Source: Nemertoderma westbladi
Taxonomy: Eukaryota; Animalia; Xenacoelomorpha
Length of the DNA: 37,776 bases
NCBI GenBank assembly: GCA_032718475.1
Contig: JAUCBJ010002627.1
Span: 1-37,776 of the forward strand
Direction: 5' to 3'
Position numbers and translations under genes: made by a program. This document shows positions 1 through 10,673 of the stretch, in pieces; positions within the stretch are counted from its first letter, which is position 1; the number at the start of each line of letters is the position of its first letter. The notes beneath the pieces were generated by a model. It ran no database searches. It saw nothing but the letters and a program-made list of their open reading frames with translations, and was not told where the DNA came from.

Positions 1-2
1 AT

Positions 3-584
3 AGTAAACTTAACTTTAAAGAGCACATAGCTTACATATTGAAAAAGATTTCCAAATCTGCAGGAATATTTTATAGGCTTCGAAAAATCTTTCCACTTCA
101 TATCTTACGTATGTTGTTCTTTGCACTTATTCATCCATATATACAATATGCTATCGTTATCTGGGGTAGCACTTCATCCACGATGTTGAAACCCATACGA
201 GTCAAAGTAAATAAAGTTCTACGAGCAATTACCTTCAGTCACTGGCAATCATCATCGCTCCCGCTTTACCAACAACTAAATATCCTCCCCTTAGAACAGT
301 TATATAAATATGAGGTTTGTAAAGTAATGTTTGACGTATATAATAATATTTCCACTCCTCTGACACCGCTATTCCGTAAGGCATCTGAGATCCACTCCCA
401 CAACACACGCTTTGCAGCCAGTGGTCTATTTCATCCTCCTAAAGTCCGTCTGAAGGTTGCTGAGCAATCACTGTCTTTTCAAGGACCTCGACTTTGGAAC
501 AGTCTAGCAATCTCTTATAGGGAAATCAAGAGTAAACCTGTGTTTCTTAAACTTCTGAAGCATGAATTACTAAAATATGAATAA
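3..584 (+). CDS. C-terminal part of non-LTR retrotransposon (CR1/L2/Crack-like) ORF2, post-RT region; 5' part lies outside the window
   Basis: Frame is open from base 3: SKLNFKEHIAYILKKISKSAGIFYRLR..LIHPYIQYAIVIWG..HSHNTR..SLSFQGPRLWNSL, typical CR1/L2-group ORF2 C-terminal motifs. Confidence 0.9.
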   Translation, partial: SKLNFKEHIAYILKKISKSAGIFYRLRKIFPLHILRMLFFALIHPYIQYAIVIWGSTSSTMLKPIRVKVNKVLRAITFSHWQSSSLPLYQQLNILPLEQLYKYEVCKVMFDVYNNISTPLTPLFRKASEIHSHNTRFAASGLFHPPKVRLKVAEQSLSFQGPRLWNSLAISYREIKSKPVFLKLLKHELLKYE

Positions 585-644
585 TAGCAACTACGGTATA
601 ACTGTACGCCTAACTAAATTGTATGCATGACGCAAAATATATTA

Positions 645-2016
645 TTTATATATATATGTGTGTGTGGGTATATATGTATGTGTGTGTATATATATTGTAT
701 ATATACATGTGTGTATGTGTATATGTGTGTCGATTGTAATTCATTTATATATCATATCATTTGTGTATGTATGAATGTTATATTGGTGTATATATATGTG
801 TATGCGTGTATATTTAATTGCCCCTAGTTGAGTGTATTTCTAACATTTAGAATTTGGGTAATGTTTTCACCCGGGCGCGGGGTCACGTATATATTTATTA
901 TTATTAAATATTATTAAAAAAGAATAATATAGAAATATTAAAATAATATTATTTTTTATTATATTAGTATTATTATTATTACTGTATATAAATCGTATGT
1001 TGTAATAGAGGTGTACGTGCGTGTTTCGTAATATTCATACATAGCTATATTTATTATCTGAGTGAGTCTAGCTATGTAGGAATATATAAACAGTGCATGT
1101 ACGTATATCCGTGTCTTTAAGTTACCTAACCACCATATCATTGGTTAATGCTATAATGATTCCACCCGGGCGCGGGGACACGTATATATTTATTATGTAT
1201 ATAATTGTATGTCGAATTGGATGGATAAGTGCGCGTTTGTAATATATACTTAATATATGAATGAGTTGAATATATATAACTGTGTGTATGTATATATATA
1301 TATATATTTGTGTGTGTCTTCACGTTACCTAAGTACCATGTCACTTGTAAATGTTTCCACCCGGGCGCGGGGTCACGTATATTATTGTATAAAGACTCAT
1401 GAAGGTGCCTTAGAGTAACCTACCAATCATGTCATTGGTTATGTTTACATCTGAGCACGGGTGCATATATATTTAACATATATATATTATTGTGTGTTAG
1501 GTTGATGTGACTGTGTGTGTGGATATAATGGTGTATATATGCACATATAGCATGATTGAATATAACTATATGGGAATAAATTATTAAATAGTGAATACTT
1601 TACACATATATCCGTTCACTCGTGGATACTTTGGAAGGAAGGTGACTACAGGTCATCTAACAGCCACGGCACTGGTCAATGTTTCCACCCGGGCGCGGGG
1701 TCACGTATATATTTATTACATATAGGCCACGTAATAGCCACGTGGATGGTTAATGTTTCTGCTCGGGCGCGGGGTCACCTATATATCATTATGTATATTA
1801 AAATAAAACATATATATATTCAGTCAATGTGTGTGTGTGTGTGTGTGTGTATGCATGTGTGTATGTGTATATATATATATATATATACTATCAAAATGTA
1901 TAGATACCCAATCAAGATATTATCAATCTATATGTATAAATTCGTGTATGTGTGTGCTGGTGTATATATATATGTGTATGTGTGTGTGTGTATGTATGTG
2001 TATATATATATATATA

Positions 2017-2047
<31 letters not shown>

Positions 2048-2060
2048 GTATATGTGTGCA
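645..2060. repeat. (TA)n/(TG)n microsatellite patches, mainly 645-810 and 1828-2060
   Basis: Directly visible dinucleotide runs. Confidence 0.9.
861..1782 (+). repeat. Dispersed GC-rich motif CACCCGGGCGCGGGGTCACGTAT, about 6 copies, in LINE 3' UTR
   Basis: Copies at 868, 1163, 1358, ~1447 (degenerate), 1686 and ~1760, separated by AT-rich spacers of unequal length. Confidence 0.85.
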
Positions 2061-3009
2061 TGTTCAATCAAGATATGTATATGTGTTCAATCAGGATATA
2101 TATTAATATATACAAACATCTATTCGTAGGTCCATGTAGAAGTTGGCTTAGACCACATAAATGAAATGAACTGTATTGTGTTTTAATTGTAATCGTTGTC
2201 CTATCAATACCAGTATTTGCACCACCCCCCTAGATGTACCCCTTTCAAATCGCGTGATACCTTGACCTTGGTGACACATTGACAAGATATATATTAATAA
2301 CTATAAAATATAAATCTCAGTGATCTACTACTTTAACTCACTTCCATCTACGCCATTACAACTTATACTAAATCTAAATCTTATTCAAAAGGCTAATATA
2401 TGGCTCTACCCTATCACCGCTTACTATTTTCTAACACTTACTACACTTACTACATTCTACTCTATTACACTTACCCCCCCCCCCCCCCCCCCCCCCAACC
2501 CCACAACCGATATTACTTCAAGCCATGTACCTTTTCTGGTGAGCAGCCGTCCACTAGCTACGCTATTTGGCTGCCCTCCAAACCCATTCGAATTTCTCCT
2601 TAAAAAAGTGCACTTATTATCATGTAAATGCATATATACTGTATTATATTTATATATTGAAGTAACATGTGCATATATCTATAAATTATCATATGGGTTA
2701 AAATATACATTGATTGATTGATTGATTGATCCCCCCTTTCTGCCATACCGGTTATGGTTACCATGTTGATCGTGTTATGATTCAAAGACTAGATTGTTTT
2801 GGTTCTTTCACTGCATCGGTGCCTACTGCTACCGGTACTACAGTACACAACGATGTTATATTTATGTACAGTACTGTATGTAAAGGTATGTGTTAGGCTT
2901 ATTACCAACCCTGAGGACAGCTGATGAGGTCTGAGGCATCGCTTTAATATCCTTATAATCCTGAAATAATTCTAACTTTAATTATTATTAATGAGTTCGA
3001 TTATTCGCA

Positions 3010-3155
3010 CCTGTAAGATTTCTCAGGAACAATATGTCATTCCCCCAAATCGCTCAACCACGGCCATCTCAACGTACAGTATAATCCGTAGATTGCGACG
3101 ATATACCGGTAGGCGGATAAATTCGCACTCTTCGTCAACTTCCGAAAGGCTTTCA
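3010..3155 (+). pseudogene. Decayed non-LTR reverse transcriptase fragment
   Basis: KISQEQY..PNRSTT followed, after frameshifts, by FALFVNFRKAF; matches the QxGFRxxRST..D/NFxKAF RT motifs. Confidence 0.6.
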
Positions 3156-3896
3156 AGGAATGATTACCTCAGACCATCTATCTACAGTAATTGTATTTCA
3201 CAACATCCAATCTTACCGCATCTCACCATGTATTAAGAGTTATATCCGACTTACAGTATTATAAATTCTTGGTCAAAATATCAACTGCACAAAATGTGAT
3301 TTTGGCGTTCTGGTGATCTGTCTCCAAACCCAGCCTGTGTTTTACTATACATACAGTACAATATTATTAAGCGCAAAGAGAATAAAGAATAGTTTCTAAA
3401 AACAACCCAGATGGTCCAACTGTATATTCCATTCCATAATTTAACATAATGTAATACAGTACAAACTATTTATTACTTGGGAAAAAAGTATACTGTAACC
3501 TTTTTCACTATTATCGTGGTATATTATTTACCGTGAGTTAATAATGGGTTGAGATAATATTTAAAAGAATGTTCTACTTTTTTTCCATATACTAATATAC
3601 TGTTTGTACTAATAATACGTAATTGTATTATTTAATTCGTACTTTTTCGATGCTTAATTATTTAATAAAAGATAGAAGAAAATATGTTACTAAATAGATT
3701 GAATATTTATTAATATTTAAACGCATTTTTTGGATCCACCGCCCCATTGCTCTAGCTAGGTACATAAAAACACCCGGCTTGGTCAAATCGCTGGAAGGTG
3801 ATGCTTTTCACAAAATAGTGTCAAACAAATTGCCCTGCACTGTATTATCGATACTTCCTATTTGCATATGTTTATTATTCGCCTATTGTTTTTCAG

Positions 3897-4100
3897 CACT
3901 TCAGTAAGTTTTCATCAAGCCAACCATGGTTGAATGATCTACTCGATCGCAATTCTATAGAAGACAGCGACGTAGCTGACGATGGTGTGAAAGCGGGTGG
4001 TTTCTCGAAGCGACGAATGGTCTGTCCGGACGACCCTCATCTCGCGTGCTTCATCACAAAGCGCTCAGTCAGATCCGCTGAAAAAAATATTAATGAGTGA
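3897..4100 (+). CDS. Candidate terminal coding exon of a neuropeptide/prohormone-like precursor
   Basis: T-rich tract plus CAG acceptor (AG at 3895-3896); 67 open codons HFSKFSSSQPWLNDLLDRNSIEDSDVADDGVKAGGFS-KR-RMVCPDDPHLACFIT-KR-SVRSAEKNINE*; higher GC than the AT-rich flanks; ATTAAA at 4145. Confidence 0.5.
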   Translation, partial: HFSKFSSSQPWLNDLLDRNSIEDSDVADDGVKAGGFSKRRMVCPDDPHLACFITKRSVRSAEKNINE

Positions 4101-4332
4101 CAATTGTACAACTTTCAGATATTATTTGTTTGAAGTAGAATTGTATTAAATATGACGATTTGTTTATTTTAAGCATAATAAGTTATTTAAAATGTAAAAT
4201 TATTTTAAATAATATAATTAATGTGGAACCAGTAGCCATATCTGTATCGGACAAATTCGATGTAAATCGCATCATTTATCCCCCATTGAGAGATATCCAG
4301 ACAATAATTTGGCCGTTATAAAATTATACTGT

Positions 4333-4455
4333 TATATCTTTGTTGACTTCTTCACGGCCTTTGATTCAGTCTATCACTCATAAATGTTCAGCATACTTTC
4401 ATTATATGGGATTCCTGAGGAAATTATTGAATCAATAAGATCAGTACATAACGAT
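4333..4455 (+). pseudogene. Decayed RTE-like LINE reverse transcriptase fragment
   Basis: YIFVDFFTAFDSVYHS*MFSILSLYGIPEEIIESIRSVHN; matches the FVDFxKAFDSV..YGIP motif, with one in-frame stop. Confidence 0.75.
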
Positions 4456-4495
4456 GGTTCATACTTTTTTGTGCCTACTTTAATGTTGATAGTGA

Positions 4496-4528
4496 TACTA
4501 CTACTACTAGGATCGGCATGCTGCATTG
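4496..4528. repeat. End of a dispersed repeat, (TAC)n-TAGGATCGGCATGCTGCATTG; second copy at 8091-8118
   Basis: ~30 identical bases at both sites; the second copy is cut by the BEL-1 LTR. Confidence 0.7.
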
Positions 4529-5440
4529 CAGCTGCATTTTTAAGTGATACAGATCCATTCAAAGAGTCATCAAGGGTGACCACTTGCACAATTCTTATTC
4601 ATACAGTAGTTGTGGTTGTGTATGTCCTTCGCATGTCCCTTATACCACCATAAGTTATGATGAACTGAACCCCCTACTGGCCCCCAGAATTCGAGGAAAT
4701 CAAGCCAAGCACTTTCAGAATCTTGTTAACTCCAAGATGACCAATATTTTGACTGTTAACTTCGACAGTCCTCAGGAAATTTCTGAACGTAAAAGCAATT
4801 AACGTTTAAGGATGGAGTGCTTGAGCATGCGGTTCACTTCCATTAACTGGAATCTCATGGATCTGAAAGTGAAAGTTAACTGTGTCAAATACAATGCGCA
4901 CATCTCCAACCAGCACTATACTGTATAACATTCGAGGTGTCTCATTGGTCAGGGTCACCCCAGCTTGATGCTTGAACAGAGCCGCCTCCACGTCGCAGGA
5001 CGTCTGAGGAGACGCATGAGCACAATGTTGTGTTTTGGCAGCATCATGGCGTAAATGTACAGTTTGGTCCTGCTGACGAAATAGTGCCCAGCGAGCTTCA
5101 GACGGCTGCTTTGATTTCCGCTGCTGCTCGGAAAAGGCAACACAGCTCATCCAGATTCTGGAAGGCAGACAAGGCCTTTCCCTCTGATATTTAATCTTCT
5201 AGTTATGAATGATTTCCATTCACGGTGTTTGTTTGGTTATACAGTATGTGTGGTATAGGCCTATACTTTTATGCTGCAGTCTTTGTCACTTCTATTACTC
5301 AGGACTGTCAGTTGATAAGAGGATAAGAATAGGAATCGTACTGAATCGTCATTGGCTCTACCGACTACAATAAATTCACGAAATGGAAAACCTTCGGAAG
5401 CTGAACACTTCTGCTCTCTTGAAAAGCCTTCTAAGTTATC

Positions 5441-5607
5441 CAAGGGCGGTTCTAGGATTTTGCTTGGGGGGAGGGGGGGGGGGGGGGGGGGGGGGTGCGT
5501 AATATTTAATTTGCTGAGGTCAATTTTTCGGACTTGCAAATGGCTCCACGCAAGCAGATGCCCCCCCCCCCCCCCCCCCCCCCTTTCCCCCCTAGAAACC
5601 GCCACTG
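5441..5607. mobile_element. hAT-type MITE
   Basis: Imperfect TIRs CAAGGGCGGTTCTAGG / CCTAGAAACCGCCACTG, inner poly-G and poly-C, perfect 8-bp TSD AAGTTATC (5433-5440, 5608-5615). Confidence 0.85.
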
Positions 5608-5721
5608 AAGTTATCATAACATTTCCACCACTAGACCACCAGCATATATCTTATTCTTCATGCTGTATTATTTAAATTTAAATCCATGAAACAGAACGTC
5701 GGTAAATACTGTACCATATAT

Positions 5722-5845
5722 ACGGGGGGACTCACCGAACCCGGGATGATCACAGGGGGGCCTGCTGAACCCAGGACAACAACGAGAAGACGCATCGAAC
5801 CAGGGAAAACCACAAGGGGACACATCGAATCCAGGACGACCATGA
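5722..5845 (+). repeat. Degenerate 30-bp minisatellite, about 4 copies
   Basis: Units resembling ACAGGGGGRCNCATCGAACCCRGGACRACC at 30-bp period. Confidence 0.65.
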
Positions 5846-6485
5846 GGTCATAAATGACACCCCCCCCCCCCCCCCCCCCCACAAAGCCAAAAAATAGTGT
5901 TGTTAATTGTCTAGTAGCCGAATCATATAGAGGTACAGTAGTAGGTCTACTTATTGTAGTACAATACAGCAATTAAAAGATAAATCATAGACCGGTAGCT
6001 ATGAGTCTGCAGTTTCAGACTTTAGACATAGCCATATAGAATCTGGCAGTCAGGCTGAACAGGTGACAGAAACTGATGGATTATATAAAAAACTTCAAAG
6101 TCAAGCTCTCTATCCAGCATGCAATTACATGCACACTTAGCGGTAAATCATGTCTGAAATCCCCATAAGATGTGAACTAATCGACAGCTTATCTCTCTCC
6201 AATCCTTTCTTATAAGTACAAATAAAACAAATATGAAATAAATCAAATTAAGCTAATGAACTCAATCTGGCAAAATATGTGTGAAACCTAACTCAAATCA
6301 CAGAGCTATGCCCGACGCAGTGTGACGTGGATGTACGTTAAATTTCGAACTAATGTAGGCTTACTTCTATAGAACAGGTTACACAGTATTGTTCTTGGGA
6401 TTAATCAGCTGTTATTCGCGTCGATTTTCCATTGGATGACAATAATGAATTTGTAATGAATCGAAACGTGAAGTGAAGTCGGCAA

Positions 6486-6559
6486 TGACGTCCAGGTGGG
6501 ATCGAACTGGTGACCTCCGGGTTGGAAGTCTGACACTCGAACCATTCAGCCAGCGGCTC
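6486..6559 (-). pseudogene. tRNA-derived (SINE-head-like) sequence in left arm
   Basis: A-box TGGCTGAATGG, B-box GTTCGATCCC, tRNA-like spacing; acceptor stem does not pair. Confidence 0.65.
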
Positions 6560-7101
6560 AGGTAAAAGATAGACCTGGAAAACTGGAAATACTATCTGAT
6601 ACTTTGTATGTCCGCAATTTACCCCCTCATGGCCTCCCATCTGTCAATACCATCATATGCTGCCACTGTGCTCAACCCTACCGTAGTACTTAGCCGTCTT
6701 TAACCCCTCGCTACACTGAAAGGGTAGTGTATATTAACCATGAACCATCACGGCCATAATGATTAATTAAACACTCTAACAACTAATTTAGGTAGGACAG
6801 TTACACCCATAGAGAATTGCGACCGATATATTTATAATTTATTATTGGATTTATGGTTGTATGAATGGTTTCATATTATTATTACGTTACATTATACGTT
6901 ATTACGGTATAACGCTATAACGCTATAACGTATACAGTACTGTATTACAAGATTAAAGACGGTAGGGTACTGCCGTATTTTAAGTACTGTAGGTTTAGCA
7001 CAGTGGCAGCATATGATAGTATTGACAGATGGGAGGCCATGAAAGGGTAAATTGCGGACATACAAGGTATCAGATAGTATTTCCAGGTCTATCTTTTACC
7101 T

Positions 7102-7174
7102 GAGCAGCTAGCTGAACGGTTAGAGCATCAGACTTCCATCCGGAGGTCACCAGTTGGATCCCACCTGTAGGTCA
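7102..7174 (+). pseudogene. tRNA-derived (tRNA-Lys-like) sequence in right arm
   Basis: TAGCTGAACGGTTAGAGCATCAGACTT resembles tRNA-Lys(TTT) TAGCTCAGTCGGTAGAGCATCAGACTT; B-box mutated to GTTGGATCCC. Confidence 0.65.
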
Positions 7175-7634
7175 TTGCCTACTTTTCAAATGCTGTGCCC
7201 AACAAAAAAGTTATAATAATGTGAAACCACTCATTCACCAATAACACCAATAATAAACTACATATCTAATCCAATTACCAGGTTTTATTTAGCTGTACGG
7301 TTATTGCTACCCCAGTGAATTTAAAATTAAGATTGAATAAGCTCACATAGGCAATACTGTAGAACAGATTTCTTTCAAATTGTTGGATTTTAACTTTACA
7401 GAAGTGTACAGACTCCATATTGGGGCATAATAAATTATGACATAAAAATATTTTTTAATAAAAATGTCCCTTTAGGGGACTAAAGCGTAATAGGACATCC
7501 AGTCGGTAAAAAAAAAAAGAAATCTTCACCAATGAAAGCCATGATTTACAGTGTTCCAATATTCTAATATGGTGGTAGTGTAGGAGCACTGCGACGCCCT
7601 AAGTCGCCTTGCCACTACCTAACTAGATGATTAA

Positions 7635-8039
7635 AGGCCCGTTTCCGCGCTGCTTTTTTATGTGAGGTATTCTGAGCTTTTTTTGAGCTGTTTTTCTAGC
7701 TTTTTTTCTAGCTTTTTTTTACTTTCAAGCTTTTTTTCAAACTTGATATGTCTTTTCTAACGTTCAGTTAAAATTAAGATGTAATATGAATGTTCTAGAA
7801 TTAGATAATTATGATATTCGCCCAGCTTTTTTTTGAGCTTTTTTTCTAGCTTTTTTTTTACTTTTTTTTAAGCTTTTTTTCAAGCTTTTTTTGAGCTTTT
7901 TTCAAGTTTTTTTTGGAGCTTTATTCTATATTTTAGGTTATAACATTCCAAAATTCTCAGATTCATCTTGAAGCAATTAATTTCTAGAAATTGTTTTAAC
8001 TAAAAAAAAGCTCAAAAAAATCTGCGCGGAAACGGACCT
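7635..8039. mobile_element. MITE (Kolobok- or PIF/Harbinger-like)
   Basis: TIRs AGGCCCGTTTCCGCGC / GCGCGGAAACGGACCT flanked by TTAA and TTAC; many internal AGCTTTTTTT subrepeats, inverted near the right end. Confidence 0.75.
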
Positions 8040-8118
8040 TTACAGTGTCAGTGTAGACTGCATGATCTAGGTTGACAGGTTGTTTAAATATACTACTACT
8101 AGGATCGGCATGCTGCAT

Positions 8119-8703
8119 TGTGACGGGATCCGAGAATCCCGACCAGGTTGTTTTATTTACGCGTCCCCGCCGTGTGTGAAAAGAGTTTGTTGTTAGATTG
8201 AGAGTTCTGATGTTGTTGATGGATATGTATAAATATAATAATAGAGTAAAGCATAAACACAGTTAACGGATTGTAGGATGTAAAATACCGGTAAAATAAT
8301 TGGTGATGATGGCGGCGATGACGGTAATAAAAGTCACCGTTCTGCCCTAACTGTACTGAGTAAACTAACTGAATGATATAAAACACCAACTGGTTATATT
8401 GCACTGTTGGCCTTGCTACCCAGATGATGCCTCTCCTATCCCCCCATTGGCTGATAACCTAATTCTCGCCTTTTGCTTCTGCGGGAGTGTTCCCCCCCCC
8501 CCCCCCCCGCTGCTGTTACTTTCCTTCTCCCCGGAGGCTTAACCTCTGACCCCCATTGTGTGCGGCCCTTTGGGGTTTGTCGTCCCCGTTTATTGGGGGT
8601 GATACGAGGTTGGTTGGTAATCAACCTCGTACTCCCCAATATTGCTTAAAGGCACCGCTTTCCCAACTTTATGGGGTGGTTAGCGGAATTGAATTCGCTA
8701 ACA
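8119..8703 (-). repeat. 3' LTR of BEL-1 (585 bp)
   Basis: TGT...ACA termini; PPT GGGGGGGAG directly upstream (8704-8712, minus); CCAAT, TATA-like and AATAAA on the minus strand; partner LTR not in window. Confidence 0.75.
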
Positions 8704-9324
8704 CTCCCCCCCATGCTATCTTCCCGGTGAGAAGATAGCATCTACCTCTAGTGCGCTACAATTCCGCTGGAGCCCGATCTACTATCGGGTGTGGGGTGGA
8801 ATCATTTTCTTGGAGTCGGCTTTCCAGGCCACTCCCTCTGGGTATGATATTCGTTACCCTCTCTTGGTGCAACTTCGGCTATGTTGCACCAAAACATCTG
8901 GTGTCTCAGTGTCGGGCCGATTGTGTGTTTCCCTCACACAATTTTTGTTTCCCCGACACTCTCTTCACTCTAACTCCGCTCTAACCCTTACTCCAACTTC
9001 TCAACCGCTCAAGCTCTTACTCCTCCCCCCCCCCCCCACACACTTGAATTGCACTCCTCTCACTGTCCCTCATCCTGTCAAAACCTCATCTCCATTCTCC
9101 CCCCCGATTCCCATTCTCGCTTTCGTCCCTTACACACCTATCGGGCCCCACACATGAGCGCTCATGTCGGTGGGAGCCGTCCAAGTCCCGTCCTGTCGCC
9201 CTATACAATTAATCCCCTGTCCCAGTAGCTAATTGGAAAAAGGTTGTGCTTGACTACGGTACATACTTTATAATATATATACGAATTACTTATATAAGTA
9301 TTATAAGACTATTATTATCATATA

Positions 9325-9760
9325 TTATATTATATGCTCGTCTACATAACGCGCTTCATTCTCTCTCGGCCTTTCTCGCCTGGTGACTTCTTCCAGTCGC
9401 TTCTCCTCAAATCTATCCACTTCCAACTTCTCCCACGTGATATGTGTATCCACCTCCCTGTCTACTAGATGCCGGCTGTTGTATTGCACCGACTCGCCCT
9501 TCAGCCCCGGGTGGTCTACCAGACCTTCGAAGGCCACCTTGAAGGCTCTTCTGTAGTTCGGAGGTGATCCTAATATTCTTAATTTTGTTTTAATTTTGTT
9601 TTATCTCTATTTGCCCCTGTTCTGTGCTATTACCCTATCTACTAATGGATTATTCTGTTTTATAATCCATATTCTAGCCTACTCTATGGACTTGTGCAGT
9701 ACAGCAGTATGTATCGCGTGGCCTACACGATTTATCCAGCTGCACCCACGTGCCCCCCTC
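9325..9760 (-). pseudogene. Degenerate extra ORF of unknown function in the BEL-1 3' UTR
   Basis: Frame open 9600 to 9325 (..LRILGSPPNYRRAFKVAFEGLVDHPGLKGE..), coding-like sequence with stops continues upstream. Confidence 0.35.
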
Positions 9761-9769
9761 AGGCTACTT

Positions 9770-10520
9770 ACTACTAACTCTACTAACTTCTTAGTTAATC
9801 TCTACTAACTCATTATATATTTTATACATATCCTCCTACCACTAACTCTTACTGCTAACGGTACTATACGTACCCTCCTACTAACTTCTATACTAACTCC
9901 TACTACCGGTACTACATACCCTCTTACTAACTAACTCTCCAACTAACTCTTACTACCCGGTACTACGTACCCTCTTACTAACTAACTCTCCAACTAACTC
10001 TTACTAACCGGTACTACATACCCTCTTACTAACTAACTAACTCCACTAACTCTTACTAGCCGGTACTACATATCCTCTTACTAACTAACTAACTCTACTA
10101 ACTTTTACTAACCGGTACTACGTACCCTCTTACTAACTAACTAACTCCACTGACTCTTACTAACCGGTACTACGTACCCTCTTACTAACTAACTAACCCC
10201 ACTGACTCTTACTACCCGGTACTACGTACCCTCTTACTAACTAACTCTCCAACTAACTCTTACTAACCGGTACTACGTACCCTCTTACTAACTAACTTCT
10301 CTAACTAACGGTACTACGTACCCTCTTACTACTAACTAACTTCTCTAACTAACGGTACTATGTACCCTCTTACTACTAACTAACTTCTCTAACTAACGGT
10401 ACTATGTACCCTCTTACTACTAACTAACTTCTCTAACTAACGGTACTACATACCCTCTTACTACTAACTAACTTCTCCAACTAACGGTACTACGTACCCT
10501 CTTACTACTAACTCTTACTG
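9770..10520. repeat. Minisatellite, about 14 units of ~40-55 bp, in the BEL-1 3' UTR
   Basis: Core CGGTACTACGTACCCTCTTACTA plus variable (ACTA)n. Confidence 0.9.
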
Positions 10521-10673
10521 ACTTCTGTCTTCCTACTTACCTACTACGTACATATTATGTACTATTACTACTTTCTATTACTTTCCTTTCTCTTACTCTC
10601 TTTTATTTATTTTTATTTTTATTTTTTATTTTTATGTGTGGGAAAGGGCGTCTCGCCCTCAATCCCACCCCCC

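Larger units (their letters stand above)
1..2730 (+). mobile_element. 3' portion of a CR1/L2/Crack-like LINE with ~2.1-kb 3' UTR
   Basis: ORF2 end at 584; stem-loop at 2538-2579 (GAGCAGCC..TAGC-TAC-GCTA..GGCTGCCC); (ATTG)n tail at 2709-2730. Confidence 0.75.
6476..7184. repeat. ~230-bp inverted repeat (6476-6713 / 6953-7184) with ~240-bp spacer; foldback-like
   Basis: Reverse complement of the right arm aligns along the left arm with scattered substitutions and small indels. Confidence 0.85.

Noticed and set aside
861-1782. CRISPR-like repeat/spacer pattern
   Set aside because: Spacers are very unequal, partly homologous and microsatellite-rich; eukaryotic LINE context; no cas genes
627-2164. 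Cys/Tyr/Ile/Val-rich ORFs in the ORF track
   Set aside because: Translations of TA/TG microsatellites
2920-2945. Hammerhead ribozyme core CTGATGAG
   Set aside because: No downstream GAAA or convincing stems
4584-5150. Short ORFs as a host gene or LINE C-terminus
   Set aside because: Only a weak RLKLAGH resemblance; no coherent frame, so left unassigned
9770-10520. Second CRISPR-like array
   Set aside because: Spacers are only (ACTA)n variants; ordinary minisatellite
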